DNA from: a virus
IMG/VR virus record: IMGVR_UViG_3300037247_001689
Location: 1-64,000 of that record
Length of the DNA stretch: 64,000 nt
Reading direction: 5' to 3' (one strand)
The notes beneath the pieces were generated by a model. It was not told the origin of the DNA. It saw nothing but the letters and a program-made list of their open reading frames with translations, and did not search any database. The position numbers were made by a program, and so were the translations under genes. This document shows positions 12,411-21,995 of this stretch, piece after piece (the stretch's first letter is position 1; each line of letters opens with the position of its first letter).

Positions 12411-13188
12411 GTGATGAGTAAATACATATTAAAAATTCCAAAAGATATAGAAGAAGATTTATTTACACTAGCACTCAGAAGTTATGAAGAAAGTGGTGAG
12501 ATTTTAACCGAAAACTGGGCATCATCAGGATATACTGTTACTGTAAGAGGTGTTGATTTTAAAGTACCTTCGATACAATTTAAGGATATTCCTAAAGAGT
12601 TTTTGGGAGAAATAAAGGACTCTGAGTTTGATAAATATTGTGATCTTATTCCGTTTGACAACAGGGTATTAGAAAAGATTAAACCTGATTTTTTAAATTG
12701 CTGGCAAGCCTCAGAGAAAAACACTCATTTATTGTATGCTAACTTATTCAACTTTGTAGCCTTAATTGGACAATACAAAAATAAAGAAACTGATCTGTTT
12801 GATAGTATCGACAAAGAATGGAAAAAGATATTAAAAATAAAGAAACAACAAAAGGAGAAAGATGACTAAAACAATCAAACTAAAAATAAACCCCTGCAAA
12901 GAGAGGGAAGAACTCCTAAAGAATCTTGCCTTATCAGGATATAAAACTTGGCAGGAAGAAGTTATCAGAGATAAGTGCATTCCAAGCAAAGGTCATGATT
13001 ATTATGTCTGCTTTGAAGTGGATGAATCGGAGATATCCCATAGTGATATTGATCAGCACGTTGATTTAATTACAGCAGTATCAGGGATAATGCAAACGTT
13101 GAGAGATGAAAACAACACTTACGAAACTGATACAACTATAATGATAGAAGAACTTGGTAAACTTGGGTATACGTTTCAAAAACACTAA
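12411..13188 (+). CDS. two hypothetical proteins
   Basis: ORFs 12411-12869 and 12862-13188 with AGGAG RBSs. Confidence 0.6.
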
Positions 13189-13205
13189 TTAATATTAAAG
13201 GAATT

Positions 13206-13361
13206 ATGAGAATATTTCATATGGTATTTCTTCAGTTAACGGTATTAATGGGTGCCTTTAGACCCCTCGAATTAAAACAGTATGATTATTATATCGGTAT
13301 TTGCATTGGAATAATGATATCGGTTAATGTCTTCATGATATTCAAACTAACCAAAAAATAG
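13206..13361 (+). CDS. 51-aa two-TM protein, paralogue of 53694-53867 (not in ORF track)
   Basis: MRIFHMVFLQLTVLMGAFRPLELKQYDYYIGICIGIMISVNVFMIFKLTKK; AAGG RBS. Confidence 0.7.
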   Translation: MRIFHMVFLQLTVLMGAFRPLELKQYDYYIGICIGIMISVNVFMIFKLTKK

Positions 13362-13369
13362 GAGCAAAA

Positions 13370-14236
13370 ATGTCAAAACTAAAAACAGCAATTGAAGAAA
13401 AAGACTGGCTAACAGCAAAGCGATTAATCTTAGATAACCCTGAGTATCTGGAAGAGAATGTTGATTTGGTATTGGGGATGATTGAGCGCCTTGATAAATT
13501 GAAGACTGAATATCAAATGGTGGGAAGAGGTATTCGAAGTGAGAAGATTAATATTATACCTACTCCGTGGCAAAAAAGTAAAAGAGGGGATTCGCCTTTT
13601 ATGAACTGGAAACACGACCCTGCAAGATTATTTAAACCGGAAGATTTGGATTACTTAAAACAAATGGTTAAAAATCCACGAGAATTTAAACAGCGATACT
13701 TAGGTGAATGGGAACCTATTGAAGAAACTGAAGAAGAACGTAATGAAAGAATATGGAGCCAATACCAATATAAGCGGACAGAGAATAGGCAAGAAAGATT
13801 TTGGATGACATCACCACTACCATCAATGAATATAAAATGGAAACGTGAAGACAATAAAGAGCTAGCCCATGAACAGGCATTAAGTGTTAATGAGTTTAAG
13901 GATGGGATGAAAAAATCTTGCCGTAAAATTATGACGGATTCTATTAGAATAGGTGACAGGTTAAAGGGTTTTGGTTTTGACCAGATTATCATAGACGACA
14001 CAATCCCCAAAGGCGAACTACAACTCATCGGTGAAAAGAATGCTGTTAAGATTATCGGAATTGATAAAGGTTCTCCCGAAGGTGACAAACATTGTGAATC
14101 TGTATGGGAGTGGGCAGGTGTAAAGCCGGTTATAACCAGTTTATCCTTTACGGTAGACAAAAGCGGCGGTAAAATTTCTGAGCCAAAATCAGCACCTAAA
14201 TTTAAAATAACCAACCCTTGGGAAGATTCAGAATAA
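13370..14236 (+). CDS. hypothetical protein carrying terminase-like motif fragments
   Basis: NPREFKQRYLGEW, RLKGFGFDQIIIDD, IIGIDKG...GD. Confidence 0.5.
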   Translation: MSKLKTAIEEKDWLTAKRLILDNPEYLEENVDLVLGMIERLDKLKTEYQMVGRGIRSEKINIIPTPWQKSKRGDSPFMNWKHDPARLFKPEDLDYLKQMVKNPREFKQRYLGEWEPIEETEEERNERIWSQYQYKRTENRQERFWMTSPLPSMNIKWKREDNKELAHEQALSVNEFKDGMKKSCRKIMTDSIRIGDRLKGFGFDQIIIDDTIPKGELQLIGEKNAVKIIGIDKGSPEGDKHCESVWEWAGVKPVITSLSFTVDKSGGKISEPKSAPKFKITNPWEDSE

Positions 14237-14943
14237 TGAACCCCAAACAACTAAGAAAGGAACACCCAGAACTATTCCGGCTTTGGGTGGAAAGTAAAAA
14301 AGCCTTAAGATTTGGTGATTCAGATCCAGGTCCGATACCGCAAAAGGATAAAAACTATATTATCTCAATCGTCAATGACCAGCGGAAGTGCTTCTCAGTA
14401 ATTGAATACAACGATGGCTGGGCAACCGACGATCAAAAAGGAAAGGTTCAAGATGTCAACGTACCATCGCGGGAAGTAATCAGCTTTCAAAGCCAGGATA
14501 TTTCAGAGAATGAATTCATTGCTTTGCTAATCGATATCATGCGGGTCTATTCCTCATTTGAACTTGATAATGATTTAATTGCTTGCTTCAGGACAAACGG
14601 AGCGGGGAAGATCGTTTTTGATGCAGTTAAAAGTTATATACAATCAGACATGACCTTTGAAGATATCAAATATTTCCCGACAGCCAGGCGAACTAAAAGC
14701 GGTAAAGAATTATTCACAAGAACCGGACGAGGCTGGGAAATGACTGCAGCGCATGAAAAAGATTGTCTGGATTCCATGAAAACAGCCGAGGAACAACGGT
14801 ATTTTGTACTGGCCACGGACAATTCAAAAAACATGTTCCAGATGACCAGCGTAGATTATAGTGAACAGAAAGAGATCGATTCCTTTATGTATGTGTGGAT
14901 GATGATTAGTTTTATCCGGTTGAATATGGTGAATCTTTTTTAG
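14236..14943 (+). CDS. degenerate terminase RNase H-like nuclease domain protein
   Basis: LFRLW...P..DKNYIISI...EVISF.SQDISENEFIALL...TNGAG..VF...GWEMT resembles the TerL C-terminal pattern; TAATG coupling to the upstream ORF. Confidence 0.5.
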   Translation: MNPKQLRKEHPELFRLWVESKKALRFGDSDPGPIPQKDKNYIISIVNDQRKCFSVIEYNDGWATDDQKGKVQDVNVPSREVISFQSQDISENEFIALLIDIMRVYSSFELDNDLIACFRTNGAGKIVFDAVKSYIQSDMTFEDIKYFPTARRTKSGKELFTRTGRGWEMTAAHEKDCLDSMKTAEEQRYFVLATDNSKNMFQMTSVDYSEQKEIDSFMYVWMMISFIRLNMVNLF

Positions 14944-14952
14944 GGAATAATT

Positions 14953-15252
14953 ATGTCAGTTGGTGGTATGGGGGAATTACTTTTTAATATTAAACATCGT
15001 AATACTGAGTGGGATAATTTTTATGAGATTGACACGACTGTCTATGAGAAATATGCTATCGTTTCAATTGTGAAACGTTCAAAAGTATGCTACACGATAA
15101 TGTCATGGCCAGTTAAGAGCGAGTTTGTTTACAGGCTAGGTGGATTCAAGTTTATCAATCGCATAGAAAAAGCGAAACTTAAAATGCAGAAAATTGCTGA
15201 CCGTAAAAACGAATCCATTATATATTTGAAGATGGTTAATGAGATTGTTTAA
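14953..15252 (+). CDS. hypothetical protein
   Basis: ORF with RBS. Confidence 0.55.
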   Translation: MSVGGMGELLFNIKHRNTEWDNFYEIDTTVYEKYAIVSIVKRSKVCYTIMSWPVKSEFVYRLGGFKFINRIEKAKLKMQKIADRKNESIIYLKMVNEIV

Positions 15253-16170
15253 TCGTTAAGGTGTAGCGATACTTTTAGAATTCTAACGGGAATATTAGAA
15301 TCTTCTGTATACCATCCAGTGTTTTCGTTGAAAGAAAAATAACTTGAGTCACCACTGTAGTTGTCATCTTTTTTTGTTTTCAGACAAACACCATGATTCT
15401 CTTTATCTTTTATAAATTCAAAGAATTGTCCAATTTCAACCTTGGATATTGTTGTTTTATTAAACTCTCTTTTATCTACTATTTTTGTCATATTTCGTCT
15501 CCTTAAATTAATTTTTATCTTTAATTTGTTTAAGAATTATTCAGTGCATCACCAATAGAACATTGACCATCGGTTATGTAATCCTTATTAATTAATTCTT
15601 CTTTAGAAAAAAGTGCCCATAAATCACTCTCATTGATTTCACTTTTAGGTATTTCAAACCCCGCAATTTGCCCGCCAGGATTAATGTTTAATCTATGCGA
15701 TTTCTTAACAGCTTCTACAAAATCTAATTCGTCTGATATTATAACCCCAAGAAATACATCGTCATCACCTGCAAAAGACATCCATAAATAATTATCATTC
15801 ATAACTCTCCTTGTAATTAATATTAGTTTAATTACGGTTTAACATAACGTGATAATTTTACATCCCATACAGCTTCAATAGCTAATCTGTTTAAATCTTC
15901 GGTAGCCTTGGGGTCTTCTTTGGGGCATTTAACCCAACCTTTGCCCTCAACAAACTTTGAATACCATCCAAATTCCCTGCATTCTTTTTTACCAGGCCAT
16001 TCTCCATTCCATTTGATCCGTTTTTCAGGTGATTCATTGCAGTCATAATCGCAATCACAACTTATATATTGCCCACCACAAACAGGACATCTTTCAACGT
16101 CACAACCATCCTGATGATATTCATCGACTGCAACACCACAATCGTTACATGATTCCATATCTTTCTCCAA
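15249..16170 (-). CDS. three small minus-strand ORFs; the first (15832-16161) is a Cys-rich zinc-finger protein
   Basis: CNDC...H..GCD.ERCPVCGGQ.ISCDC; AGGAG-type RBSs. Confidence 0.65.
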
Positions 16171-16187
16171 TTAATATTAGTTAATAC

Positions 16188-16238
16188 TTGATTTAAATAT
16201 CATAGGTGTATAATATACACCTAAACACTAAATTACAA
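16188..16238. promoter_or_regulatory. divergent promoters overlapped by a perfect 21-bp palindrome
   Basis: TAGGTGTATA-A-TATACACCTA at 16203-16223; TTGATT-17-TAATAT on + and TTGTAA-17-TATTAT on -. Confidence 0.7.
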
Positions 16239-16245
16239 GGAGTTA

Positions 16246-16383
16246 ATGAAAAGAACTAATATTTATCTTACTGAGCAGCTTATTAAACTTTTAAAAGAAG
16301 AGTCTAAAAAAACGGGTGAATCTATAGCCTCTATTATTAGACTTGCTGTGGGTACTTTTTTTAATGAGAAGAAAGGAGGGTAA
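16246..16383 (+). CDS. CopG-like ribbon-helix-helix repressor (45 aa, not in ORF track)
   Basis: MKRTNIYLTEQLIKLLKEESKKTGESIASIIRLAV; AAGGAG RBS. Confidence 0.8.
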   Translation: MKRTNIYLTEQLIKLLKEESKKTGESIASIIRLAVGTFFNEKKGG

Positions 16384-17831
16384 ATGATCTATATAGTTAT
16401 TGTTATATACTTTATTTCAATAACCCTTATTGCCAAAAAATATCATAACCATAGAATAATGGAAGAAATATTTCAGAGGTGCAATAAGGATATAAAAACT
16501 AATCTACACCACCACCAAAAGAAATATTCAGAATGGCACAACTGGTATGTTATTTTTTCGAAAGAAAAGCCTGTATGTGCAAAGTGTAAAAAAGAAGTTG
16601 ATTTTTTTGGTCCTATATATTTTATCGGCAGAGGGAATGACCACTTTATACACTCTATATGCCATGGTGAAGTTGAAATAAGAAGAATGGTTCCAGAGTA
16701 TAGGCGATATAGTGGAGAATATTATGAAACACATCCCACTAAGGAGCAATTTGATAGAATGGGGACGTCTTTTTTTGGGGAATTTTTTGTTGAAAATATA
16801 AGTATGTGGCGAGGTATCCCCCATCCGCATATCTGGAGATATAACAACGATGACAGAGAGACGAGGACATGCGCAATATGCCAAGTAAAACACGAAAAAA
16901 AGCATATTGGGGGAAGATGGAGGATAGGGTACGATAGCTTTTATAGATGTAAAATTAAAATAAAAGGAAACTCTTATAGAATGTATTAATCAACTAACAC
17001 AGGAGAAGAAATGAAGCTGTTAACCAAAGCAAAACAGAAAATTAAAAGCGCCATCCTTGAAAAAATTGGGGGTGTATATATTAAAAATCTGGTAGGATTT
17101 ATTAGGTCTGATAATCAAAAAATATCATTTTCAGGATCAGAAGACCTTTTTAAATGGCAGATAGCTGAAAAATTTAGGGCGTTTTAAACATGGAAACAGA
17201 AATAACAAACCTAATAATAGAATTCTCTGATGATTTCGGAACTCTGAATGATTCTATTATGATTATTATGTATTTAATTGAGAATGGGATTGATGGCGAA
17301 AGTATTCGGATTTAAGGGAATAATATTTAATAGAATCCCTGTTTATTTCTTTAATGGTGAATGGCGGCTGGCTATACACTGCAAAAATCAAGAGTTTGCT
17401 AAATACTGGCAAGACATTGCATGGTTGTCATTGATAACGACAAATACCTGTAAAAATGTAAAGGTTTTTAATAGTGAGTTTGGAAGCGAAGTTACTGAAC
17501 GTGTTATAGAATACCTTAAAGCTAATAATGATAGATTAAATAAAAAGGGGACGACTTGACCATATATAAAAACTACGATGAGCTTTGCCGTAAAACAGAG
17601 CAGATGCCACCTGATACAGATCTGTTAGCTTTTACTAATCTTTACAAGAGGTTTGGAATTGAGTGTAGGATATCAGATTGTGATGAAGGTTTTAAGGTAG
17701 TTCTACTTACTTCTGGCTCTTATCCAGTAGCAATTTACACGATGGATGAAAGAATACACGGGTTTAAAGGATGCACCAGTGGTATTGTTTTTGATAAAGA
17801 AGGTAATTTTTTAAAACAAGGTATTTGGTAA
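16384..17831 (+). CDS. small hypothetical ORFs (16384, 17278, 17556 and shorter ones)
   Basis: Co-oriented ORFs; 16384 has an N-terminal TM segment and CxxC pairs. Confidence 0.55.
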
Positions 17832-17842
17832 TCAGGAGACGA

Positions 17843-18205
17843 ATGGATTTTAAAGTAAGAATTCAAAAAACATTAGTAGAAAAAAAGAATCGCTTAATTG
17901 TCGTGGCAATTGAAAAAAATGAGATAGTTGGATCGTGTATTGTTGATTACTTTTCTGCAACGCCGCTTCTTTATAATCTGTATGTGGATGAAGACGCAAG
18001 ATTATTCGGTGTTGCTACAGGAATAATTAACAAAGTGATTGAGTATTGTAAAATTGGTGATAAGATAAGTTTATGTCTAAATGTTTCTGGAGACAATTCT
18101 GCAAAAGAGATGTATAAAAAGATCGGGTTCAAAACTATTTACGACTATCCAGATGATGATGAAGTGATGATGTGTATTTTAATGAAAAAGGAGACGAATG
18201 GATAA
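17843..18205 (+). CDS. GNAT acetyltransferase
   Basis: LYNLYVDEDARLFGVA..II...LNV..DN.A..MYKKIGF; start at ATG after AGGAGACGA. Confidence 0.85.
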   Translation: MDFKVRIQKTLVEKKNRLIVVAIEKNEIVGSCIVDYFSATPLLYNLYVDEDARLFGVATGIINKVIEYCKIGDKISLCLNVSGDNSAKEMYKKIGFKTIYDYPDDDEVMMCILMKKETNG

Positions 18206-18452
18206 GCCAATTGATCACGATACAATAAGTATCATCAAAGGAGCGCACTGCAAAGATTGTGGATGGCCTATAATAGATGCTTGCTGTAATGGAAGTTTTA
18301 CAGATCACAAAGATGCAAAAGAATGGGACTGGTGGAATTATTGTTCTAATAAAGGATGTAATAACCATGAAGGCGAAGGGATTTTTCAAGATCGTCTTGA
18401 TTGGATTGTTTACGATGATGAAAATATAAAGCAGGAGACGAATGGATCATAA
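18198..18452 (+). CDS. Cys-rich zinc-binding protein
   Basis: CKDCG...CC...YCSNKGCNNH. Confidence 0.55.
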   Translation: MDKPIDHDTISIIKGAHCKDCGWPIIDACCNGSFTDHKDAKEWDWWNYCSNKGCNNHEGEGIFQDRLDWIVYDDENIKQETNGS

Positions 18453-18894
18453 ACTATGTAAAGACTGCAAAGGATATTGTTGTGATGATATTGGCTTTAC
18501 ATTATCACCTGAAGATTTAAAGGAAAGGTTTAATAATAGATATTCAATTTTTATTTTCACCCATAAAGATAATATTCATCCAGATGGGGAAGTTAAAGAA
18601 TATAAAAGACAGGTGTATCATTACCGCTGTACTGAGCATAATAAGGAAACAGGGAAATGCAACATATATGGCGGGAGACCTGAATTATGTAGAACGTACC
18701 CTGATAACGGGTTTTGTGGGTATGAATCTGTCAAAATAAAAGCCGTTATCGAGGATAGACCAAAATGGTTTGGTTTTGGAATGAAAGCAGAAGACTGGAG
18801 AAGTGGCATGGGTGGTAGTGAAAGATTTACAAAAGGAATAAAGCGTAAAAACCCGTATAATGATATTGACAAGAAATTAAACGAAGCAATTTAA
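18442..18894 (+). CDS. YkgJ family CxxCxxCC cysteine-cluster protein
   Basis: CKDCKGYCC...C...GKCNIY..RP..CRTYP. Confidence 0.85.
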   Translation: MDHKLCKDCKGYCCDDIGFTLSPEDLKERFNNRYSIFIFTHKDNIHPDGEVKEYKRQVYHYRCTEHNKETGKCNIYGGRPELCRTYPDNGFCGYESVKIKAVIEDRPKWFGFGMKAEDWRSGMGGSERFTKGIKRKNPYNDIDKKLNEAI

Positions 18895-18914
18895 TAAAAA
18901 AGAATAAACACCCC

Positions 18915-18944
18915 TTGACAGAATAAAATTGTATAAGTTATATT
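18915..18944 (+). promoter_or_regulatory. sigma70-type promoter with TATAAGTTATA box
   Basis: TTGACA 18915-18920, TATATT 18939-18944, box at 18932-18942. Confidence 0.65.
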
Positions 18945-19012
18945 AAAATCTAATTCAACAAATACAAAAAAGAAGATTTTCTAAACTAAAAACAGGAGAC
19001 GAGGATGAAAAA

Positions 19013-19300
19013 ATGGTAAAAACTTTTAAACCTTTAAATGGGAAAGTGACCGTCAGAGAATTTGATCCAAAAGCAGTAATAACTGCTGCGGGGATTGAAC
19101 TGTCAAAAGAAGAACATGCGCCTGCTGTCTTATATGGTGAAATTGTTCATGTTTGTTCATTCAAAGAAGATGATAAGAATGCCGTTAAGGTAGGTGATAA
19201 AATTGCATATCCGGTAACAGATGGCAGGCACATCTACATTAACAATGAAGAATTTAAACTTCTAAGTTCTGACCAGATCATTGGTGTTTACACAGATTAA
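19013..19300 (+). CDS. groES: co-chaperonin GroES-like
   Basis: FKPLNGKVTV...TAAGIEL...GEIVHV...VKVGDKI.Y...G..I.IN.EEF.LL...IIGV. Confidence 0.9.
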   Translation: MVKTFKPLNGKVTVREFDPKAVITAAGIELSKEEHAPAVLYGEIVHVCSFKEDDKNAVKVGDKIAYPVTDGRHIYINNEEFKLLSSDQIIGVYTD

Positions 19301-19763
19301 ATCGGGATGAGGGCAGCATTCAACTTGGATTTTCCAGACTGCTCTTTTTCCTGTAAATATTATCAGGAGGTGAAAGTTGGAAAAGGGATTAGAGGAAAAA
19401 CTTGATAATGAAAAGTCAATAAGCGTAGAATCATACGCTGGAGGTTTTATTCTTGCTGATTATTCGGGGAAAAGAGGTGAAGCTTCATATTGCGGAATAT
19501 CAATGTCTTGGTCCACACAGCCAGTAGTTAAAGACCCATTTAGTACGAAAAGCGAAGCTATTAAAGCAGGTTTTGAATCGTAATAAAAACAATTATTCGG
19601 GAAAAACAATGGATCCGCCACCAATCAATTAAAACCCTGATTACATGGTATAAAACTAATCACAGGAAGGTAGGAACTGCCGATACTGTAAAACAACATC
19701 GAAACGGGTTAAACATTCAGACCTAAGATAAATGAATGTAACAGAATAACCATAGAGGCAAAT

Positions 19764-20084
19764 TTGAAAATATCCATAATCTTGTTACTTGCTAGTATTT
19801 TTATGGCAGTATCAACGTTTGCGGCAACAGAAACGATTCAGGAGGCATTGAACCCGCCTGATAACTTTGTTGCGATTTCTACACCGGCTGTAATGGCTGA
19901 ATTTATATACGCGATAGACCGATCAACGGCTCTTTCAAATAACGTATTGAGTCAATTTAATATTATTAAGAATTTACACGAGACAGGTTTAAATACCACT
20001 TATGAAATTGCCGGTTTTTGGGACAAATCCTTGGAGGTTGAAACTGTCCTTAAGTTTCCCTGCTTGATACAAATCATAAGTTAA
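19764..20084 (+). CDS. secreted hypothetical protein
   Basis: Signal peptide MKISIILLLASIFMAVSTFA; GAGG RBS; TTG start. Confidence 0.55.
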   Translation: MKISIILLLASIFMAVSTFAATETIQEALNPPDNFVAISTPAVMAEFIYAIDRSTALSNNVLSQFNIIKNLHETGLNTTYEIAGFWDKSLEVETVLKFPCLIQIIS

Positions 20085-20113
20085 AAACACCTGGCAGAAA
20101 GAAATCAAATATA

Positions 20114-20147
20114 AAAAGCTCATAATTGTTACTAATTATGAGCTTTT
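20114..20147. terminator. perfect 14-bp hairpin, intrinsic terminator-like
   Basis: AAAAGCTCATAATT-gttact-AATTATGAGCTTTT. Confidence 0.7.
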
Positions 20148-20219
20148 GGCAGTATCAGAGCGAGAACTCGTTAAACTAATTGAAGTACATTGACGGCTAA
20201 TCGGTGCCATTTCTGCAAA

Positions 20220-21180
20220 TTCCGATTTGGTATAACGATAAGCAATATAAAAGAAAGATCAAAATAGAAAGATTTAAATCACAGTAACTAATAAGGAGAA
20301 AAATGATAAAGCTAAGTCTATAACCACCGCCAAGTGTAAAATAGATTAGGCTAAAAATAAAAAATGATTTCCGATTGCCTATCGTTCGGAGTCGCCCTAA
20401 TTGGGTTATCAAATGTAGGCTTCATGGAGTAAACCACAAAGAAAGAAATCAAACAGAGGTTGCCGTTAGGGTATCGCCAGTGAGATAGAAATATGGTGCA
20501 AATACAGGCGTTTAAGTTGCCAGTTCGAAATATGAGGCTATAAATTCCAATTTGGTGCCCACAGAGTACGTGACCGTAACGTTTTTCCGGCTAGTCAATA
20601 AACTAAGAAGCCATCTGTACACAGTTTAAGTCTGTGCCTCTGTTTTTGAAAAATGAATAATAACACCATACAGACCTATACGGGAACCATAAGCGGTTAA
20701 TCGGAAATAGAAAGCTCTCCGATCCTTAAAATTAAAAAACGTATAGAGATGGTATGGTATTAAGCAGGGATTAAATTGGTTGCTGAATATTAGGTAAGGT
20801 ATGACCGGATACAGCTTTACCGGGTAACTATTGCTAAAAGGAATAGATAATGCAAGTTTATTTACTGGCATAAATTATAGTCTGAAAAGATGAGTCCCTG
20901 CTTTTCAATAATAGTAAGTTGCAGTTAAATTTATTGCATGATAATTGATCATTTGATTGCAGGTTTTTACCCAAAAAAGTGTATTGTAAAATGTAGAAAT
21001 ACCCTTGGTAAATTTAACTGTTTCAATAATAGTAATAAATGTACATTAAATGTTTATTTAGTGTACATTGTTTAGTGTTATTGAAACCTCGTTTATGATC
21101 ACCTGAAAAGGTTAGATCAAGGCATGGGTCAATCATAACATTAAGGCGGTGGGTTTATTGATGCTATATATGACCACCGC
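20220..21180 (+). ncRNA. array of structured non-coding RNA domains
   Basis: No credible ORF. Successive closing stems at 20234/20386, 20451/20645, 20661/20762, 20762/20903, 20921/21021, 21021/21086 and 21146/21180, with G-U pairs favouring the + strand. Confidence 0.65.
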
Positions 21181-21232
21181 TAAACATTTTATTAATAATA
21201 TTTTTCTTTTAAAAAATTTAATAGAGTCCATT

Positions 21233-21373
21233 ATGAAATCAAAAATTGAAGAAGCCATTAAAACGCTTCTGGAAAAGATCAAAGAAGATACTAAACCAAA
21301 TGATGCGGTTAGTATCTCGATAGCTGTTTTAAATTTAGCTAATGCTAGAGCAGTACCGGTGCCAGAAAAATGA
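21233..21373 (+). CDS. 46-aa helical protein inside the RNA cluster
   Basis: MKSKIEEAIKTLLEKIKEDTKPNDAVSISIAVLNLANARAVPVPEK. Confidence 0.5.
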   Translation: MKSKIEEAIKTLLEKIKEDTKPNDAVSISIAVLNLANARAVPVPEK

Positions 21374-21543
21374 TACCGAACAGCGGTTGAAAACGTACTA
21401 TTCCATGTTAACCCTCCCTGTAATTGCACAACGTAAACCCCTAATACGGTGGTTGGTGAAAACAACTTACATAGGAAGTCATAACAATATAACTAAAATA
21501 TGAGCGTGACTGTCGTGAGAGAGCGGCGTTTTAATAAATATAT

Positions 21544-21618
21544 TCTGTCGTACTCAATAGGTGAGTTGCTTCCGTTGGCCAACGGAGTATCTAAGTTCAA
21601 TTCTTAGCGACAGAGCCA
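21544..21618 (+). tRNA. atypical tRNA-like element (anticodon undetermined)
   Basis: Perfect acceptor TCTGTCG/CGACAGA + GCCA, D-arm with GG, T-arm CTAAG-TTCAATT-CTTAG; anticodon arm is the palindrome TCCGTTGGCCAACGGA. Confidence 0.7.
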
Positions 21619-21625
21619 AACAAAT

Positions 21626-21914
21626 GATACCAGTAACGGTGGTTCAATTCCACCTCGTTTGCCGAGACTTGGTAGGAGCAAGATGGTTCGATTCCATCCT
21701 TGACTTGTTGGTACAAGGGGCATGACTGGCGTGAAAGAGCGCCACCCAAATGATAAGAATGTGTCTAAACGTACACCGACCATGGCAAGGCTAAATGGGT
21801 GCGTGGCGGAGGTGAGAGGACTTCGTAAAATCATGTAAAGTGCCATTGATCGTCCTGTTTTTATCTTAACAGTAATAAGTGGCCTTATTGTCAATGGTAC
21901 TTTAGATGGTTTTA
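21626..21914 (+). ncRNA. structured RNA segment between the two tRNAs
   Basis: Two T-arm-like hairpins GGTGG-TTCAATT-CCACC and GATGG-TTCGATT-CCATC; long stem 21826/21914. Confidence 0.55.
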
Positions 21915-21920
21915 AAATGT

Positions 21921-21995
21921 GGGGGCGTAGCTCAGAGGTAGAGTACCTGTTTTGCAAGCAGGGTGTCGGGATTTCGAAATTCCCCGCTTCCACCA
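21921..21995 (+). tRNA. tRNA-Ala(TGC)
   Basis: Cloverleaf GGGGGCG...CCTGT-TTTGCAA-GCAGG...TTCGAAA...CGCTTCC-A-CCA, with the G3:U70 alanine determinant. Confidence 0.9.

Noticed and set aside
19632-19710. Hammerhead ribozyme (CTGA...GAAAC)
   Set aside because: The core is CTGATTA rather than CTGANGA, and the stems do not fit the topology.
21149-21995. tmRNA (tRNA-Ala-like end plus nearby short ORF)
   Set aside because: The Ala tRNA is a complete cloverleaf with an anticodon arm, and no tag peptide ending in an AA-type degron was seen.
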